Assembly (NCBI RefSeq): GCF_000025685.1
Contig: NC_013966.1
Coordinates: 30,001-62,000 of the forward strand
Reading direction: 5' to 3'
Source of the DNA: Haloferax volcanii DS2
Lineage (GTDB): Archaea; Halobacteriota; Halobacteria; Halobacteriales; Haloferacaceae
Length of the DNA stretch: 32,000 nucleotides
The position numbers and the translations under genes were made by a program. Of this stretch, positions 31,712 through 32,000 are shown in pieces. Every line of letters starts with the position of its first letter. The first letter of the stretch is position 1. The notes beneath the pieces are model-generated. The model worked only from the letters and a program-made list of their open reading frames with translations. It was not told where the DNA came from and did no database searches.

Positions 31712-31978
31712 CTATCGGCCTCCTGTCCCGGTCGCGGTCCACGCATCGAGCAAGGGGTCCGCAGTGGCCGCCACCGTCTCACCGTCAGCTGTGACACCCG
31801 TTCCGACACCCTCCGGAGTCGGCGTCGACGGCGTCGGAGTTGTCGGTTCCACGCCGACCTGCGTGGCGCGTGCCGCGAGCAGCTGCCGCCAGTACGCGAG
31901 CGTCGTCTGGTAGTACGCGCCGTCGTCGACGGGATAGACGAGCGTCTCGAAGTCCTCGCCGACGACCCGTGGGCCCAT
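31712..31978 (-). CDS. hypothetical protein with Thr/Pro-rich linker
   Basis: 88-aa ORF MGPRVVGEDFETLVYPVDDGAYYQTTLAYWRQ.... Its stop lies 2 nt before the next gene's start codon. Confidence 0.5.
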   Translation of the reverse strand: MGPRVVGEDFETLVYPVDDGAYYQTTLAYWRQLLAARATQVGVEPTTPTPSTPTPEGVGTGVTADGETVAATADPLLDAWTATGTGGR

Positions 31979-32000
31979 CCGCGTCTGTTCACACTCCAGG

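Overview
The window is GC-rich, its predicted proteins are strongly acidic, and it carries CetZ, Orc1/Cdc6 and ISH-type insertion sequences. This points to a haloarchaeal (class Halobacteria) replicon segment, most likely a plasmid, megaplasmid or integrated-element region. It has four parts. (1) 1-1815 holds four co-directional small genes of unknown function. (2) 1900-15318 is a block of cellular-type genes: cetZ, an ArsR-like regulator, DUF502, htpX, DedA, two tandem-USP proteins, an amphi-Trp protein and a CNNM/CorC-type protein. This block includes a stretch at about 5500-9050 that looks lower in GC by eye. That stretch encodes a sequon-rich secreted protein, small zinc-finger and membrane proteins, and a four-fold winged-helix protein. 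(3) 15320-25166 is a mobile-element-like module. It encodes small acidic and zinc-ribbon proteins, two paralogous domain proteins, a frameshifted Mom/GNAT-like gene, a possible distant TGT/DpdA-like protein, an ArdC-like protein and a SWIM protein. An IS5-type IS and an IS1595/ISH4-type IS interrupt it; the latter has 18-bp terminal inverted repeats and a perfect 8-bp target duplication. (4) 25180-31978 is a replication module. Here orc1/cdc6 is flanked by about 11 ORB repeats, and a perfect 28-bp inverted ORB pair brackets an AT-rich unwinding region. It also holds a family-B DNA polymerase with no recognisable exonuclease motifs, an IS1341-type tnpB whose stop codon lies 1 nt from the polB start codon, and two small upstream genes. 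The most notable non-coding signal is a 10-copy intergenic cassette (T-tract, covarying GC hairpin, GAAGGGTGCGG-like box) placed ahead of most plus-strand genes in parts 1 and 3. There are also two copies of a TTAACCAACA/TGTTGGTTAA palindrome sharing an ATCCCT core. I found no rRNA, tRNA or CRISPR array. All family assignments come from motif recognition by eye and none has been checked by a database search.
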